Assembly (NCBI GenBank): GCA_965249135.1
Contig: OZ252220.1
Location: forward strand, 384,001 to 448,000
DNA: 64,000 nt
DNA from: Alphaproteobacteria bacterium
GTDB lineage: Bacteria > Pseudomonadota > Alphaproteobacteria > GCA-2746255
Direction: 5' to 3'
Position numbers and translations under genes: made by a program. Under the pieces are notes generated by a model. That model searched no databases and was not told the DNA's origin. It saw only the letters and a program-made list of their open reading frames with translations. The number at the start of each line of letters is the position of its first letter. Positions within the stretch are counted from its first letter, which is position 1. Of this stretch, positions 39,813 through 50,221 are shown in pieces.

Positions 39813-41090
39813 ATGTTCGACCTAGCCTGGATCCGGGAGCATCCCGACGCCTTCGACCGGGGCTTAGCCCGGCGCGGACTCAAGCCGCAGGCAAACGCCG
39901 TGCTCGATCTCGATCGGAAGCATCGCGCCGCCCAGACCGCCCTCCAGGAACGCCAGGAAAGGCGCAACGCCGTCTCCAAGCAAATCGGCGTTGGCAAACG
40001 GCAAGGGGCGGATACCGGCCAGTTGGAAGACGAGGTGGCGGCGATCAAGGCCGACATGCATAGGCTGGAGACGGACGCGCGCGCGCTTGGGATTGCGCTC
40101 CAGGAGCGGCTGGCAGGGTTGCCCAACCTGCCGGCCGACGACGTGCCGGACGGGCTGGATGCGGCGGCCAACAAGGAACTGAGAGTCGAAGGGAAGAAAC
40201 CGGACTTTTCCTTTGAACCAAAAGAACATTTTGAGCTTGGCGAAGGCCTCGGCCAGATGGATTTCCAGGCCGCGGCCAGGCTTTCCAGCGCCCGCTTCGT
40301 CGTCCTCAAGGGCACCCTTGCCCGGGTTGAGCGCGCGTTGGCCGGTTTCATGCTCGACCTCCACACCAAGGAGTTCGGCTATCAGGAGGTGGCGCCGCCC
40401 TGCCTGGTGCGCGCCGAAGCCCTTTTCGGCACCGGCCAATTGCCGAAATTCGGGGACGATCTGTTCCCCACGGCGAACGATTATTGGCTGATTCCCACAG
40501 GCGAGGTGCCGCTTACCAATTTGGTGGCCGAAGAAATCCTGGGCGAGGACCGGCTTCCATTGCGTTTCGTCGCGCTCACCCCTTGTTTCCGTTCGGAGGC
40601 CGGCGCCGCCGGCAAGGACACCCACGGCATGATCCGCCAGCACCAGTTCAACAAGGTCGAACTGGTCAGCATCAGCCATCCGGACCGCTCGGACGAAGAG
40701 CATGAACGCATGACGCGCGCGGCGGAAGAGGTGCTGAAGCGCCTCGAGCTGCCCTACCGCGTCGTCCTGCTTTCGGCCGGCGACATGGGCTTTGCTGCGC
40801 GCAAGACCTACGATCTCGAGGTTTGGCTGCCCGGCCAGGGGCGCTATCGGGAGATCTCGAGCTGCTCGAATTGCGGGGATTTCCAAGCCCGGCGCATGAA
40901 GGCCCGGTTCCGCCCGAAAGGCGGCAAACACACCCGCTTCCTCCACACGCTGAACGGCTCCGGCCTGGCCGTCGGGCGGACGCTCATCGCCGTCCTTGAG
41001 AATGGCCAGCGCGCCGATGGCACCATTCATATTCCCCGCGTCCTTCGCCCCTATCTCGACGGGATGGAAGCAATCGCCGCAGATGGTTGA
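39813..41090 (+). CDS. serS: Serine-tRNA ligase
   Basis: FRSEAG, HQFNKVE, EISSCSN, TLNGSG. Confidence 0.97.
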   Translation: MFDLAWIREHPDAFDRGLARRGLKPQANAVLDLDRKHRAAQTALQERQERRNAVSKQIGVGKRQGADTGQLEDEVAAIKADMHRLETDARALGIALQERLAGLPNLPADDVPDGLDAAANKELRVEGKKPDFSFEPKEHFELGEGLGQMDFQAAARLSSARFVVLKGTLARVERALAGFMLDLHTKEFGYQEVAPPCLVRAEALFGTGQLPKFGDDLFPTANDYWLIPTGEVPLTNLVAEEILGEDRLPLRFVALTPCFRSEAGAAGKDTHGMIRQHQFNKVELVSISHPDRSDEEHERMTRAAEEVLKRLELPYRVVLLSAGDMGFAARKTYDLEVWLPGQGRYREISSCSNCGDFQARRMKARFRPKGGKHTRFLHTLNGSGLAVGRTLIAVLENGQRADGTIHIPRVLRPYLDGMEAIAADG

Positions 41091-41758
41091 GCCGATGGCT
41101 GAACGGAACAGGTGCGCCTTTGGACATTGATCCACGCCAGGTCCGTCTGGTCATGGCGCTTCGCCAGGCCGGTATCCAGGATACGAACGTGCTGGCGGCG
41201 ATCGAACAGACGCCGCGCGAGCTCTTCGTGCCGACGTCTTTCCAGGAAGAGGCTTACGAGAACACGGCGCTTCCCATCGAATGTGGCCAGACGATCAGCC
41301 AGCCTTTGGTCGTCGCCACGATGACGGAGGCCCTGGAAGCCGGCCACCGGCTCCGGGTACTCGAGATCGGCACCGGGTCGGGCTACCAGACGGCGGTGCT
41401 GACGCGGCTTTTTCGCCGCGTCTACACCGTCGAGCGCTATGCGGACCTTCTTGAGGCGGCCCAGCGCCGCTTCGATGTGCTCGGCCTTCACACCATCACG
41501 ACTCGGCTCGGCGATGGTGCGAAAGGCTGGCCGGAACAGGCGCCCTTCGATCGCATTCTGGTGACGGCAGGTGCCGAGGAAATTCCACCGGCGCTCCTTG
41601 AACAACTGGCGGACGGCGGGATACTGGTGATCCCGATCGGTACCGCCGGCGAGCGTCAATATCTGGAACGTGTTCGCAAAAACGCAGGCGACATCGAACG
41701 GGAAGATCTCGGTCTTGTCCGGTTCGTTCCTCTCGTCGCCGAACCGCCGGTCTGCTAA
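41087..41758 (+). CDS. pcm: Protein-L-isoaspartate O-methyltransferase
   Basis: [28 protein letters not shown]; upstream of nlpD. Confidence 0.92.
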   Translation: MSRWLNGTGAPLDIDPRQVRLVMALRQAGIQDTNVLAAIEQTPRELFVPTSFQEEAYENTALPIECGQTISQPLVVATMTEALEAGHRLRVLEIGTGSGYQTAVLTRLFRRVYTVERYADLLEAAQRRFDVLGLHTITTRLGDGAKGWPEQAPFDRILVTAGAEEIPPALLEQLADGGILVIPIGTAGERQYLERVRKNAGDIEREDLGLVRFVPLVAEPPVC

Positions 41759-41830
41759 ACAAAAACGCTCGAGCTTCGGTTGAAGGCCTAAGCGCGTCCA
41801 CTTAAGATCGGGCCAAACGAAAGGGCTCGA

Positions 41831-42775
41831 ATGCACGGCAACGACATGCAGAACGGCTGGTTGCTTGGCGCCGTGTTCGCGATCGCTCTGGCGGTTGCCG
41901 GTTGCTCTGAGCCCTGGATTACCGGGAAACCGGTCGCCATCCCGGCCTCATTTCTCACCGAAAAAGGCACCGTCGTCGTCCGCAAGGGCGACACCGTCCA
42001 CGGGATCACGCGGCGTCATGGGGCGGACATCCGTTCGCTGATCGATGCGAACGGTCTCAACCCGCCGTATCTGCTTCGGATCGGCCAACGGCTCAAACTG
42101 CCGGGGCGGCGCAGCTACCGCGTGGAAAAAGGCGATACGGTCTATGGCATCTCGCGCCGGTTCGGCGTCGACATGCGGGATCTGGTGCGGCGGAATGGGA
42201 TTCGTCCACCCTATACGATCACCGTCGGCCAGAAACTGCACCTGCCGGGTAAGGCCGGCCGCGCAAGCGCGGTGGCGAGCGCAAAGGCGCCGCGCCGCGC
42301 AGGGGTTTCTCCGAAGCTGGCGAAGCTGCCGCCACGGGGCAAGCGGAATTTCCTGAAACCGGTCGAGGGAAAGGTCCTGTCTGCCTTCGGGCCGAAGGCG
42401 GACGGCTTGCACAATGATGGCATCAACATCGCCGCCGCCAGGGGAACGCCGGTTCGGGCGGCGGAGAACGGGGTCGTCGTCTATGTCGGGACCGAACTTC
42501 ACGGCTTCGGGAATCTGTTGCTCATCAAGCATGCGGATGGCTGGATATCGGCCTATGGCCATACGGACAAGCCACTCGTCAAGCGTGGCGATATCGTAAA
42601 ACGCGGCGAGCCGGTGGCGAAGGTTGGAAAATCGGGCAACGTGAAGGCGCCGCAACTGCATTTCGAATTGCGGCACGGCACCCGGGCGGTCGACCCGACG
42701 CGCTACCTTACCAGCCATCTCTTAAAAAAACGGATGCCGGCTTTAGCGGAGCGGCTTGCCGAGGCGTCCCGCTAG
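41831..42775 (+). CDS. LysM x2 + M23 peptidase lipoprotein (NlpD/DipM-like)
   Basis: Lipobox VAGC, two LysM domains, NDGINI, YGH, QLHFE. Confidence 0.88.
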   Translation: MHGNDMQNGWLLGAVFAIALAVAGCSEPWITGKPVAIPASFLTEKGTVVVRKGDTVHGITRRHGADIRSLIDANGLNPPYLLRIGQRLKLPGRRSYRVEKGDTVYGISRRFGVDMRDLVRRNGIRPPYTITVGQKLHLPGKAGRASAVASAKAPRRAGVSPKLAKLPPRGKRNFLKPVEGKVLSAFGPKADGLHNDGINIAAARGTPVRAAENGVVVYVGTELHGFGNLLLIKHADGWISAYGHTDKPLVKRGDIVKRGEPVAKVGKSGNVKAPQLHFELRHGTRAVDPTRYLTSHLLKKRMPALAERLAEASR

Positions 42776-43603
42776 ATCCTGAATGAACTGCCAGGCGACC
42801 CGGCCCGAACGCGCGCCGCGCGTCATGGACCATTCCAGCGCTTGCGTGCGAAGGGCCTCCTTCGACACGTCGAGACCGTTAAAATCCGCATAGGCCTCGA
42901 CGATTTCGAAATAGGTTGGCTGATCGCAGTTGTGAAAGCCGATCCACAGGCCGAAGCGATCGGAAAGGGAGACCTTCTCGTCGACGGATTCGCCGCCGTG
43001 AATTTCGATGGCGCGTTCGTTCTCGATCATTTCCCTCGGCATCAGATGGCGGCGGTTCGAGGTCGCGTAGAAGACGACGTTCTCCGGTCGGCCTTCGAGC
43101 CCGCCCTCCAGGACCGCCTTTAGGGATTTGTAAGCCGCATCGCGACCGTCGAAGGAAAGGTCGTCGCAGAAAAGAACGAACCGCCGCTTGCTTTGCCGGA
43201 GCAGTTTCAAAAGACGCGGCAGCGACACAACTTCCTCGCGGTGGATCTCGACAAGCGTCAGCGCGTTCCCTTCTTCCGCGTTGATCGTGGCGTGCACCGC
43301 CTTTACCAACGAACTTTTCCCCGTTCCCCTGGCGCCCCAAAGAAGCGCGTTGTTCGCCGGGTAACCCTTCGCAAAGCGACGCGTGTTTGTCAGCAATGCC
43401 TGCTTCTGGTTTTCGATCCCGCGAAGGAGATCGATTTCCACGCGGTTGACGAGAGGCACCATCTCCATGTCGCCGCTCTCCGAATGCCAGACGAAGGCAT
43501 CCGCGCTGTTGAGAGGGGCGGGCGCGTCCTTGATCGGCGCCATCCGCTCCAGCGTCTCCGAAATCTTCCGAAGAAGGGATTCGAGGTGGTTCTCCATGCG
43601 CAT
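42743..43603 (-). CDS. DUF815 AAA+ ATPase
   Basis: WGARGTGKS, FCDDLSF, ATSNRRHL, SLSDRFG. Confidence 0.9.
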   Translation of the reverse strand: MRMENHLESLLRKISETLERMAPIKDAPAPLNSADAFVWHSESGDMEMVPLVNRVEIDLLRGIENQKQALLTNTRRFAKGYPANNALLWGARGTGKSSLVKAVHATINAEEGNALTLVEIHREEVVSLPRLLKLLRQSKRRFVLFCDDLSFDGRDAAYKSLKAVLEGGLEGRPENVVFYATSNRRHLMPREMIENERAIEIHGGESVDEKVSLSDRFGLWIGFHNCDQPTYFEIVEAYADFNGLDVSKEALRTQALEWSMTRGARSGRVAWQFIQDLAGRLGKPLR

Positions 43604-43727
43604 CCTTTAGCTCAGAGCGCCCGGCAAGGCCCAAGCCGGCACGATCATAGACGATCTGGCTTGTGCTTTCCAAGGCAGGGGCGGCTAGGTATGATCCGCG
43701 CAAATCGAAGATCTTAAGGGGAGCCCC

Positions 43728-44069
43728 ATGTTGATTTCTCCAGCCTTTGCGCAGACCGGCGGCGAGCCAAGCGGCCTCGAGATGTTCCTGCCGCTCATTC
43801 TGATTTTCGTGGTCTTCTATTTTCTGCTTATCCGTCCCCAACAAAAGAAAGCCAAACAGCATCGCCAGATGGTCGCCGCTCTGCACCGGGGGGATCGGGT
43901 CATCACCGGCGGCGGCATCATCGGCACGGTTACGAAAATCGTCGATGAAGGGGAGGTTCTGATCGAGATCGCGGAAAACGTGCGGGTCCGCGTGGCCCGG
44001 CCGACGATTACGGAAGTGTTCTCGAAGCCGGAGCCGGCCGCAAACGACGACAAAGCAAAATCCAAATGA
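43728..44069 (+). CDS. yajC: Preprotein translocase YajC
   Basis: FYFLLIRPQQKK, GDRVITGGGI. Confidence 0.95.
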   Translation: MLISPAFAQTGGEPSGLEMFLPLILIFVVFYFLLIRPQQKKAKQHRQMVAALHRGDRVITGGGIIGTVTKIVDEGEVLIEIAENVRVRVARPTITEVFSKPEPAANDDKAKSK

Positions 44070-45640
44070 TTTATTTTGCCAGATGGAAAATTGTTCTGAT
44101 CCTTGCGGTCTGCGTTTTTGGTCTCGTGTTTGCGAGCCCGAACCTGTTTCGGGAAGGAGCACTAGAGGGACTCCCGGACTGGTTGCCCCATAAAACCATC
44201 AATCTTGGCCTCGATCTGCAGGGCGGTTCCCATCTTCTCCTGGAGGTCGAAGTCGATGCGGTGATCACGGAGCGACTCGAATCCCTCGTCGATAGCGTGC
44301 GCGTGACGCTTCGAAAGGCGCGCATCGGCTACAAGAACCTCGGCGTCAAAGGACATGCGGTCGCCTTCAGCCTGGTCAAGCCGGAAACGCTTGACGCAGT
44401 TCGGCAACTGATCGGTGGCCTGGATACGGACACGGCCTTCGAGGAAGGCGATGGCGGGGTGGTTCGGTTGGCCTATACGGAGAAGGCGCTGAAGGAAAGG
44501 CGCCAGCTTGCCGTCGAACAGTCGATCGAGATCGTCCGCCGCCGCATCGACGAGACGGGCACCCGCGAGCCGACCATCCAACGCCAGGGAACGGACCGCA
44601 TTCTCGTCCAATTGCCGGGCGTGAAGGACCCGGAACGAATCAAGAAGCTGCTTGGCAAGACTGCGAAGCTGAACTTTCACCTGGTCGATCTTACGACGAC
44701 GGTCGAAGAAGCGCGGGCCGGACGCATCCCGTCAGGCTCCGTCTTGCTGCCGTCCGATGACGTAGGACCCGACGGCCGGCCGGTTCAATACGTCATCCGC
44801 AAACGGGTCATGGTGCCCGGCGATACGCTGGTCGATGCCCAGCCGACCTTCGAAGACGCCCGCCCGGTCGTCTTCTTCAAGTTCGATTCGGTGGGCGGCA
44901 GGCGTTTCGGGGAGGTGACGAAGAACAACATCGGCAAGCCGTTTGCCATCGTGCTCGACGGCCAGGTGATCAGCGCGCCGGTGATCCGCTCGGCGATCTT
45001 GGGCGGAAGCGGCATCATCTCCGGCCGCTTTAGCGTGCAGGAGGTGCAGGATCTCGCCTTGCTGCTGCGCGCCGGTGCGCTTCCGGCTCCGCTGACCATC
45101 CTTGAGGAACGGACGGTGGGGCCGGGGCTGGGGGCCGATTCGATCCGCGCCGGCAAGATCGCCTGCGTGCTCGGCATGATTTTAGTGATCGCCTTCATGG
45201 TGGTGATTTACGGCCGGTTCGGGGTCATGGCGGACCTTGCCCTGATCGTGAACATGTTGTTGATCGCCGCCGCGCTCTCGCTTCTGCAAGCCACACTCAC
45301 CCTTCCCGGCATCGCCGGCATCGTGCTCACGATCGGCATGGCGGTGGACGCGAACGTGCTGATCTTCGAGCGGATTCGGGAAGAGGCGCGGGCCGGAAGA
45401 ACGCCGATCTCGGCAATCGATTCCGGCTATCGGCGCGCCTTGACGACGATTATCGACTCGAACCTGACGACGTTCATCGCCGCGGTCCTGTTGTTCCTCT
45501 TCGGATCGGGGCCGATAAAGGGTTTTGCGGTTACCCTTTCCATCGGGCTGATGACCTCGATGTTCACGGCGATCATGGTGACGCGGCTGATCATGGTCAC
45601 TTGGCTTCGGCGCGCCAAGCCGGCCGCGTTGCCGATTTAG
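44066..45640 (+). CDS. secD: Protein translocase SecD
   Basis: LGLDLQGG, GMAVDANVLIFERIREE. Confidence 0.96.
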   Translation: MIYFARWKIVLILAVCVFGLVFASPNLFREGALEGLPDWLPHKTINLGLDLQGGSHLLLEVEVDAVITERLESLVDSVRVTLRKARIGYKNLGVKGHAVAFSLVKPETLDAVRQLIGGLDTDTAFEEGDGGVVRLAYTEKALKERRQLAVEQSIEIVRRRIDETGTREPTIQRQGTDRILVQLPGVKDPERIKKLLGKTAKLNFHLVDLTTTVEEARAGRIPSGSVLLPSDDVGPDGRPVQYVIRKRVMVPGDTLVDAQPTFEDARPVVFFKFDSVGGRRFGEVTKNNIGKPFAIVLDGQVISAPVIRSAILGGSGIISGRFSVQEVQDLALLLRAGALPAPLTILEERTVGPGLGADSIRAGKIACVLGMILVIAFMVVIYGRFGVMADLALIVNMLLIAAALSLLQATLTLPGIAGIVLTIGMAVDANVLIFERIREEARAGRTPISAIDSGYRRALTTIIDSNLTTFIAAVLLFLFGSGPIKGFAVTLSIGLMTSMFTAIMVTRLIMVTWLRRAKPAALPI

Positions 45641-45643
45641 GGG

Positions 45644-46576
45644 ATGCAAATGTTCCGGATTCTCCCCGATACGCCGAAGTTCGAATTCATGCGCTGGCGC
45701 CTGATCTTCTTCGCGTTCTCAAGCCTGCTCATGCTGGGTTCGTTGGGCTTCTACTTGGCGCTGGGACTGAATTATGGCATCGACTTCGAAGGCGGCGTGC
45801 TCATCGAAGTTCGAACTTCGGCGCCGGCCGACCTTGGCGCCATGCGGGCGACGCTCGGCGGCTTGGGGCTCGGCGAGGTCGCCCTGCAGGAGTTCGGGGA
45901 ACCGACGGACGTCCTCATCCGCGTCCAGAAGCAGAAGGGCGGCGAGGAAGCCCAGCAGCGCGCCGTTGAGGCGTTGCGCGCCGCACTGGGCGACGGGGTC
46001 GATTACCGCCGGGTCGAGTTCGTCGGCCCGAAGGTGGGGGGCGAATTGATCGTGGCGGGAGTCACCGCCGTCCTTCTCGCGATCGCCGCCATGCTGGTCT
46101 ACATCTGGTTCCGTTTCGAATGGCAGTTCGGCATCGACGCCATGCTGGCGCTTACCCACGATGTCATAGCCACGATCGGGGTCTTTTCCGTCTTCCAGTT
46201 CGAGTTCAACCTCTCGACGGTCGCCGCGATTCTCACCATCGCCGGCTATTCCATCAACGACACCGTCGTCATCTACGACCGGGTTCGTGAAAATTTGCGG
46301 AAGTACAAGCGCATGACGCTGGAGGAACTTTTCGACCGTAGCATCAACCAAACCCTGTCGCGCACGATCCGAACCAGCGTGACGACGCTGCTGGCACTGT
46401 TTGCACTCTATTTCTTTGGCGGCGAAGTGATCGCCGGCTTCAGCTTTGCCATGATCTTCGGTGTTCTTATCGGCACCTATTCGTCGATTTGCATTGCCGT
46501 ACCGCTGCTCCTTTATATGAATCTTCGCCGCGATTCCGGTGCGGACGCCTCGAGCAGGGTGGAAAAAACCGAATAA
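45644..46576 (+). CDS. secF: Protein translocase SecF
   Basis: GIDFEGG, GYSINDTVVIYDRVRE. Confidence 0.96.
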   Translation: MQMFRILPDTPKFEFMRWRLIFFAFSSLLMLGSLGFYLALGLNYGIDFEGGVLIEVRTSAPADLGAMRATLGGLGLGEVALQEFGEPTDVLIRVQKQKGGEEAQQRAVEALRAALGDGVDYRRVEFVGPKVGGELIVAGVTAVLLAIAAMLVYIWFRFEWQFGIDAMLALTHDVIATIGVFSVFQFEFNLSTVAAILTIAGYSINDTVVIYDRVRENLRKYKRMTLEELFDRSINQTLSRTIRTSVTTLLALFALYFFGGEVIAGFSFAMIFGVLIGTYSSICIAVPLLLYMNLRRDSGADASSRVEKTE

Positions 46577-46586
46577 AGGGACTCGG

Positions 46587-46964
46587 ATGGATATCACGCC
46601 ACTGGTTCCGGAAGGCCTGCAGCTTATTCAAGCTTACGGCGATCGCCGTTTCCGGGTCAGCGGCGTTGCGCACGAAGGATCGCTCCTCATCTTTCCGCGT
46701 CGCACGCTTGCCTGGCAGGTGACGCGGCCCGAAGACATCACCTATGAGCTCTTAATGCCGGTCGTTGAAGCGGGCGAAACCGTCGAGGTGCTTCTTCTCG
46801 GTGCCGGAAAGGCGGCCTATCTCCTGCCCAACGCGGTGCGGGAACCCTTGCGTGCGAAAGGCATCAGTGTCGAGATCATGGACACCGGGGCTGCGTGCCG
46901 GACCTACAACGTGCTGGCCACGGAAGAACGCCTGGTGGCGGCGGCGTTGATCGCGGTCGAGTGA
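46587..46964 (+). CDS. Mth938-like (DUF498/NDUFAF3) protein
   Basis: IQAYG, MDTGAACRTYNVL..E.R.VAAAL. Confidence 0.9.
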   Translation: MDITPLVPEGLQLIQAYGDRRFRVSGVAHEGSLLIFPRRTLAWQVTRPEDITYELLMPVVEAGETVEVLLLGAGKAAYLLPNAVREPLRAKGISVEIMDTGAACRTYNVLATEERLVAAALIAVE

Positions 46965-46993
46965 AAAAAGGCGGGGTGCCGAAGCACCCCGCC
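46964..46993 (-). terminator. Rho-independent terminator
   Basis: 10-bp perfect stem GGCGGGGTGC/GCACCCCGCC with a C(UUCG)G loop on the minus strand, followed by T6. Confidence 0.85.
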
Positions 46994-47018
46994 CGAAAAT
47001 TCCGCGAAGATCGTGTTG

Positions 47019-47531
47019 CTAGTAGAGGTTCTGTGCCGAAACCATGGCATAGAGCATGGGGATCGAAAGGGCGGTGTTGAGCCGCGAGGTCAGCATGGCG
47101 GTGCGCGCGGAAGCCGCCTTCGCCTCGTCGCTGGCTTCCACCATGCCGAGGATCCGTTTCTGGTTCGGCCAGATGATGAACCAGACGTTGAAGGCCATGA
47201 TCAGGCCCAGCCACATGCCGATGCCGATGGCGGTCTGCTGCACGTCGCTGCCTTCCGTGAGGCCCAGCCCCAGCGCGTTGACCAGGTAACCGCTCCGCCA
47301 TGCCAGCAGGAGCCCGAAGACGATCGTCGCCAGCGCCGACCAGCGGAACCAGAACAGCGCCTTCGGCGCGATGTGTTTGCCGATCGCCGGCTTCAGTTCC
47401 GCCGGCAATCCCTTGGCAACGGGAATCTGGACGAAGTTGAAGTACCAGAGAAGACCGATCCACATGACCCCACTCAGGACATGCAGGTAGCGAATGAAGA
47501 AATCCACCCAGGTGGCATTGAAATATTCCAT
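47019..47531 (-). CDS. PuuD/Urate_ox_N-like membrane protein (no cytochrome c domain)
   Basis: RYLHVLSGVMWIGLLWYFNFVQ, ALFWFRW, NVWFIIWPNQK, SRLNT.LSIPML. Confidence 0.8.
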   Translation of the reverse strand: MEYFNATWVDFFIRYLHVLSGVMWIGLLWYFNFVQIPVAKGLPAELKPAIGKHIAPKALFWFRWSALATIVFGLLLAWRSGYLVNALGLGLTEGSDVQQTAIGIGMWLGLIMAFNVWFIIWPNQKRILGMVEASDEAKAASARTAMLTSRLNTALSIPMLYAMVSAQNLY

Positions 47532-47552
47532 TTCGACTCCCTTGCGTGCCGA

Positions 47553-47639
47553 TTATAAACTGCTGACCACGACGACCATCAGGACCGTCAACACGATCCC
47601 CAGAATGACCGTCCCGGAAAGCGATTCCAGAATTTTCAT
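47553..47639 (-). CDS. 28-aa single-helix membrane peptide (MKILESLSGTVILGIVLTVLMVVVVSSL)
   Basis: Not in the ORF track; AAGGGGG RBS-like sequence upstream, TAA stop 21 bp before the puuD-like ATG. Confidence 0.55.
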   Translation of the reverse strand: MKILESLSGTVILGIVLTVLMVVVVSSL

Positions 47640-47745
47640 GTCCTGAACCCCCTTGAAAGGCTGCGGCTCATGCTTCCGCACATTGGAATTACTCTAACTA
47701 TATCGTGGCGCGGGCTTCGCGGAAAGGGATAGCTGAAAATTCTTA

Positions 47746-49669
47746 GTGCGCCCCGACGGCGCGTAACACCAGTGGAGGAAGGATCCACCCAGACAGTTGT
47801 CGGTTTGATCTGGGAGCTGACAGGCGGTCTTGTCGGGTAACCGGCGGGACCGAAGTCCTGTGACAAAGGCCGCCTTGGGCGGTTGAGCGACCTTGCGGGC
47901 CGAACGCGAGTGAAGCCTGAGCAGGCCTCGAAAGTGAAGATATGGACGCCGACCCTCCTGAGATTAGGGGAAGGCCGCGTGGAACGGGGGAGTAACCGAC
48001 GAATGCACCCGTTCCGGTCCGCCGGGGTAGTGGGCACGGCACGCAAGGAAGGTGATACGGGTAATCGGGGGAGGCCCGTCGCGGGCGAGGGTAGCGGCCT
48101 CAACGTCACCTCGGGTGGCGGCGCGGGCGGGAATCGGAAAGGGTGATAGTACCGTTGATGCCGGGTAATGCCGGCGGAGGGAAGCACCCTTACTTCTGGT
48201 GCGCTTTTGACGGAGAGGAGGCGGGGTGATTGGCGATGCGCCTGCAAACACCTGAAAAGATCCGGACTCTCCAGAGGAAGCTCTATCTCAAGGCGAAGGC
48301 GGAACCGGACTTCCGCTTCTACCTGCTCTACGACAAGGTCTATCGCGAAGACATCCTGTTCCATGCCTACCGACTGGCGCGGTCCAACAAGGGCGCGCCG
48401 GGGGTGGATGGACAGAGCTTCGAGGAGATCGAGGCGATGGGGCTGGAGGGGTGGCTGTCCGGGATCAGGGACGACCTTCGCGCCAAGACGTACAGACCTG
48501 AGCCGGTGCGGCGGGCGATGGTCCCAAAGCCCGGCGGCGGCGAACGACCGCTCGGCATCCCGACGATCCGGGACCGGGTGGTGCAAGGCGCCGTCAAGCT
48601 CGTGATCGAACCGATCTTCGAGGCCGATCTCGAGCCCAGTGCCTATGGCTACCGACCGAAACGCTCTGCGGGCGATGCCGTCCAGGCGGTCCACAAGCTT
48701 CTCTGTCGCGGCTACACGGACGTGGTTGACGCGGATTTGTCCAAGTACTTCGATACGATTCCCCATGCGGAACTGATGCAATCGGTTGCGCGCCGGATCG
48801 TCGATCGCAACGTCCTGCGCCTGATCAAATTGTGGCTCAAGACACCGGTCGAGGAGACCGACGGGGATGGCAAGCGGCGCATGACGGGCGGCCGGGGGAG
48901 CACACGGGGAACCCCGCAAGGCGGGATTGTTTCGCCGCTGCTCGCCGCGCTCTACATGAACCGCTTTCTGAAGTACTGGCGGATCACCGGGCAGGGCACA
49001 AGGTTCCGCGCCGAGGTGGTGAACTATGCCGATGACCTTGTCATCCTCAGTCGCGGACACGCGAGGGAGGCCTTGGTCTGGACGCGGCAGGTGATGACCC
49101 GGCTGGGACTGACCCTGAACGAGGCCAAGACCAGCGTCCGCGATGGCCGCAAGGAGAGCTTCGACTTCCTGGGCTATAGCTTCGGCCCGCAGCGCTTTCG
49201 CAAGGATGGCCACTGGTATCTGGGGGCGAGCCCGTCCAGGAAGAGCGTGGCTCGGCTCAAGCTGAAGGTCCGAGGGCTCCTGCGGCCCGGCAACCAGGCA
49301 CCCTGGCCCGAGGCGCGACCAGCTGAACAGCGTGCTGCGCGGCTGGCCGCACTACTTCGGCTACGGGACGCGCCTGCCGGCCTATCGAGCGGTCGACAAT
49401 TACGTCTATGAGCGCGTGCGGCATTCTCTGGTCAGGCGTCACAAGGTGCCGTCGCGCGGCACCACGCGGTTCTCTGCTGGGACCGTGTTCGGGGATCTCG
49501 GCGTGCTTCGGCTGCGCCGGGTTCATCTTGGCCCCCCGCCGTGTGCCCCGGGATGAAGCCAGTCGGAAAGCCGGATGCGGGAAATTCGCACGTCCGGCTT
49601 GATGAGCGGGGAAGGGAAACGGAGTGATGCCAATGCGGTACAAACCACCGCGCCCTTCCTCGACTCTAC
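47746..49669 (+). mobile_element. Group II intron
   Basis: 5' GTGCG at 47746; domain V AGCCGGATGCGGGAAATTCGCACGTCCGGCTT at about 49569-49600; domain VI ending CGACTCTAC; rejoined flanks restore the host gene's stop codon. Confidence 0.92.
48236..49556 (+). pseudogene. ltrA: Group II intron RT/maturase (no En domain), frameshifted near 49313
   Basis: GAPGVDG, RPLGIPTIRDR, GTPQGG..SPLL, YADD, FDFLGY; domain X (LNSVLRGWPHYF) continues in another frame. Confidence 0.85.
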
Positions 49670-50089
49670 CTCTTCGACCGTCACCGTGATGACCCTCGAG
49701 ACCACGGGTGGGTCGTGGGGGATGTGGTTGTGGTCACCCAGAAGCATTTGCAGGCTGTGCTTGCCGGGCTCGAGGCTGATTTCCGCCTCCGTCTGGCCGC
49801 CGCCGAAATGCCGGTGCTGATCGTTTTTCGCGATCGGTTCGCCGAGTGGCGGCAGGCCGGTGTCGATCAGCAGGTGATGATGGCCGCCCTGCGCATGTTC
49901 GGTGCCGGCCGGTACGATCGTCAGGCCCTTCGCTCCGAAAACAAGTTTAAACGGGCTTTTCACGACGGCCCCATCGTTTGGTTCGATGAAGAACACCTCG
50001 CCCGAGGATTCCCGTTGCGTTTGTTGAGAGAAAATGACGATGGCCACCACCACCGCAATCGCAGCAAGGATGAGCAGGGATCGCTGCAC
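49523..50089 (-). CDS. DUF4399 domain protein with a 48-aa intron-derived C-terminal extension
   Basis: VFFIEP.DG, GGHHHLLID, HFGGGQTE, LEPGKH, GDHNHIPH; native end ITVTVEE at 49670. Confidence 0.85.
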   Translation of the reverse strand: MQRSLLILAAIAVVVAIVIFSQQTQRESSGEVFFIEPNDGAVVKSPFKLVFGAKGLTIVPAGTEHAQGGHHHLLIDTGLPPLGEPIAKNDQHRHFGGGQTEAEISLEPGKHSLQMLLGDHNHIPHDPPVVSRVITVTVEEVESRKGAVVCTALASLRFPSPLIKPDVRISRIRLSDWLHPGAHGGGPR

Positions 50090-50221
50090 GGCATTTTCCT
50101 TCGGTTGCTTTGCCGGTTTTACCCAGTCCCCGATAGGGGAAACGCTAGGCCTTTACCTTTGCCGCTTGTCAAAAGGCACAACGAAGACGCGGTCGGAACC
50201 GCCTGCCACCTGCAAATTTGT

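Noticed and set aside
47636-49213. 525-aa minus-strand ORF and other long antisense ORFs (e.g. 2065-3501, 32591-34207, 39864-41135)
   Set aside because: Shadow frames of real high-GC genes with no recognisable motifs
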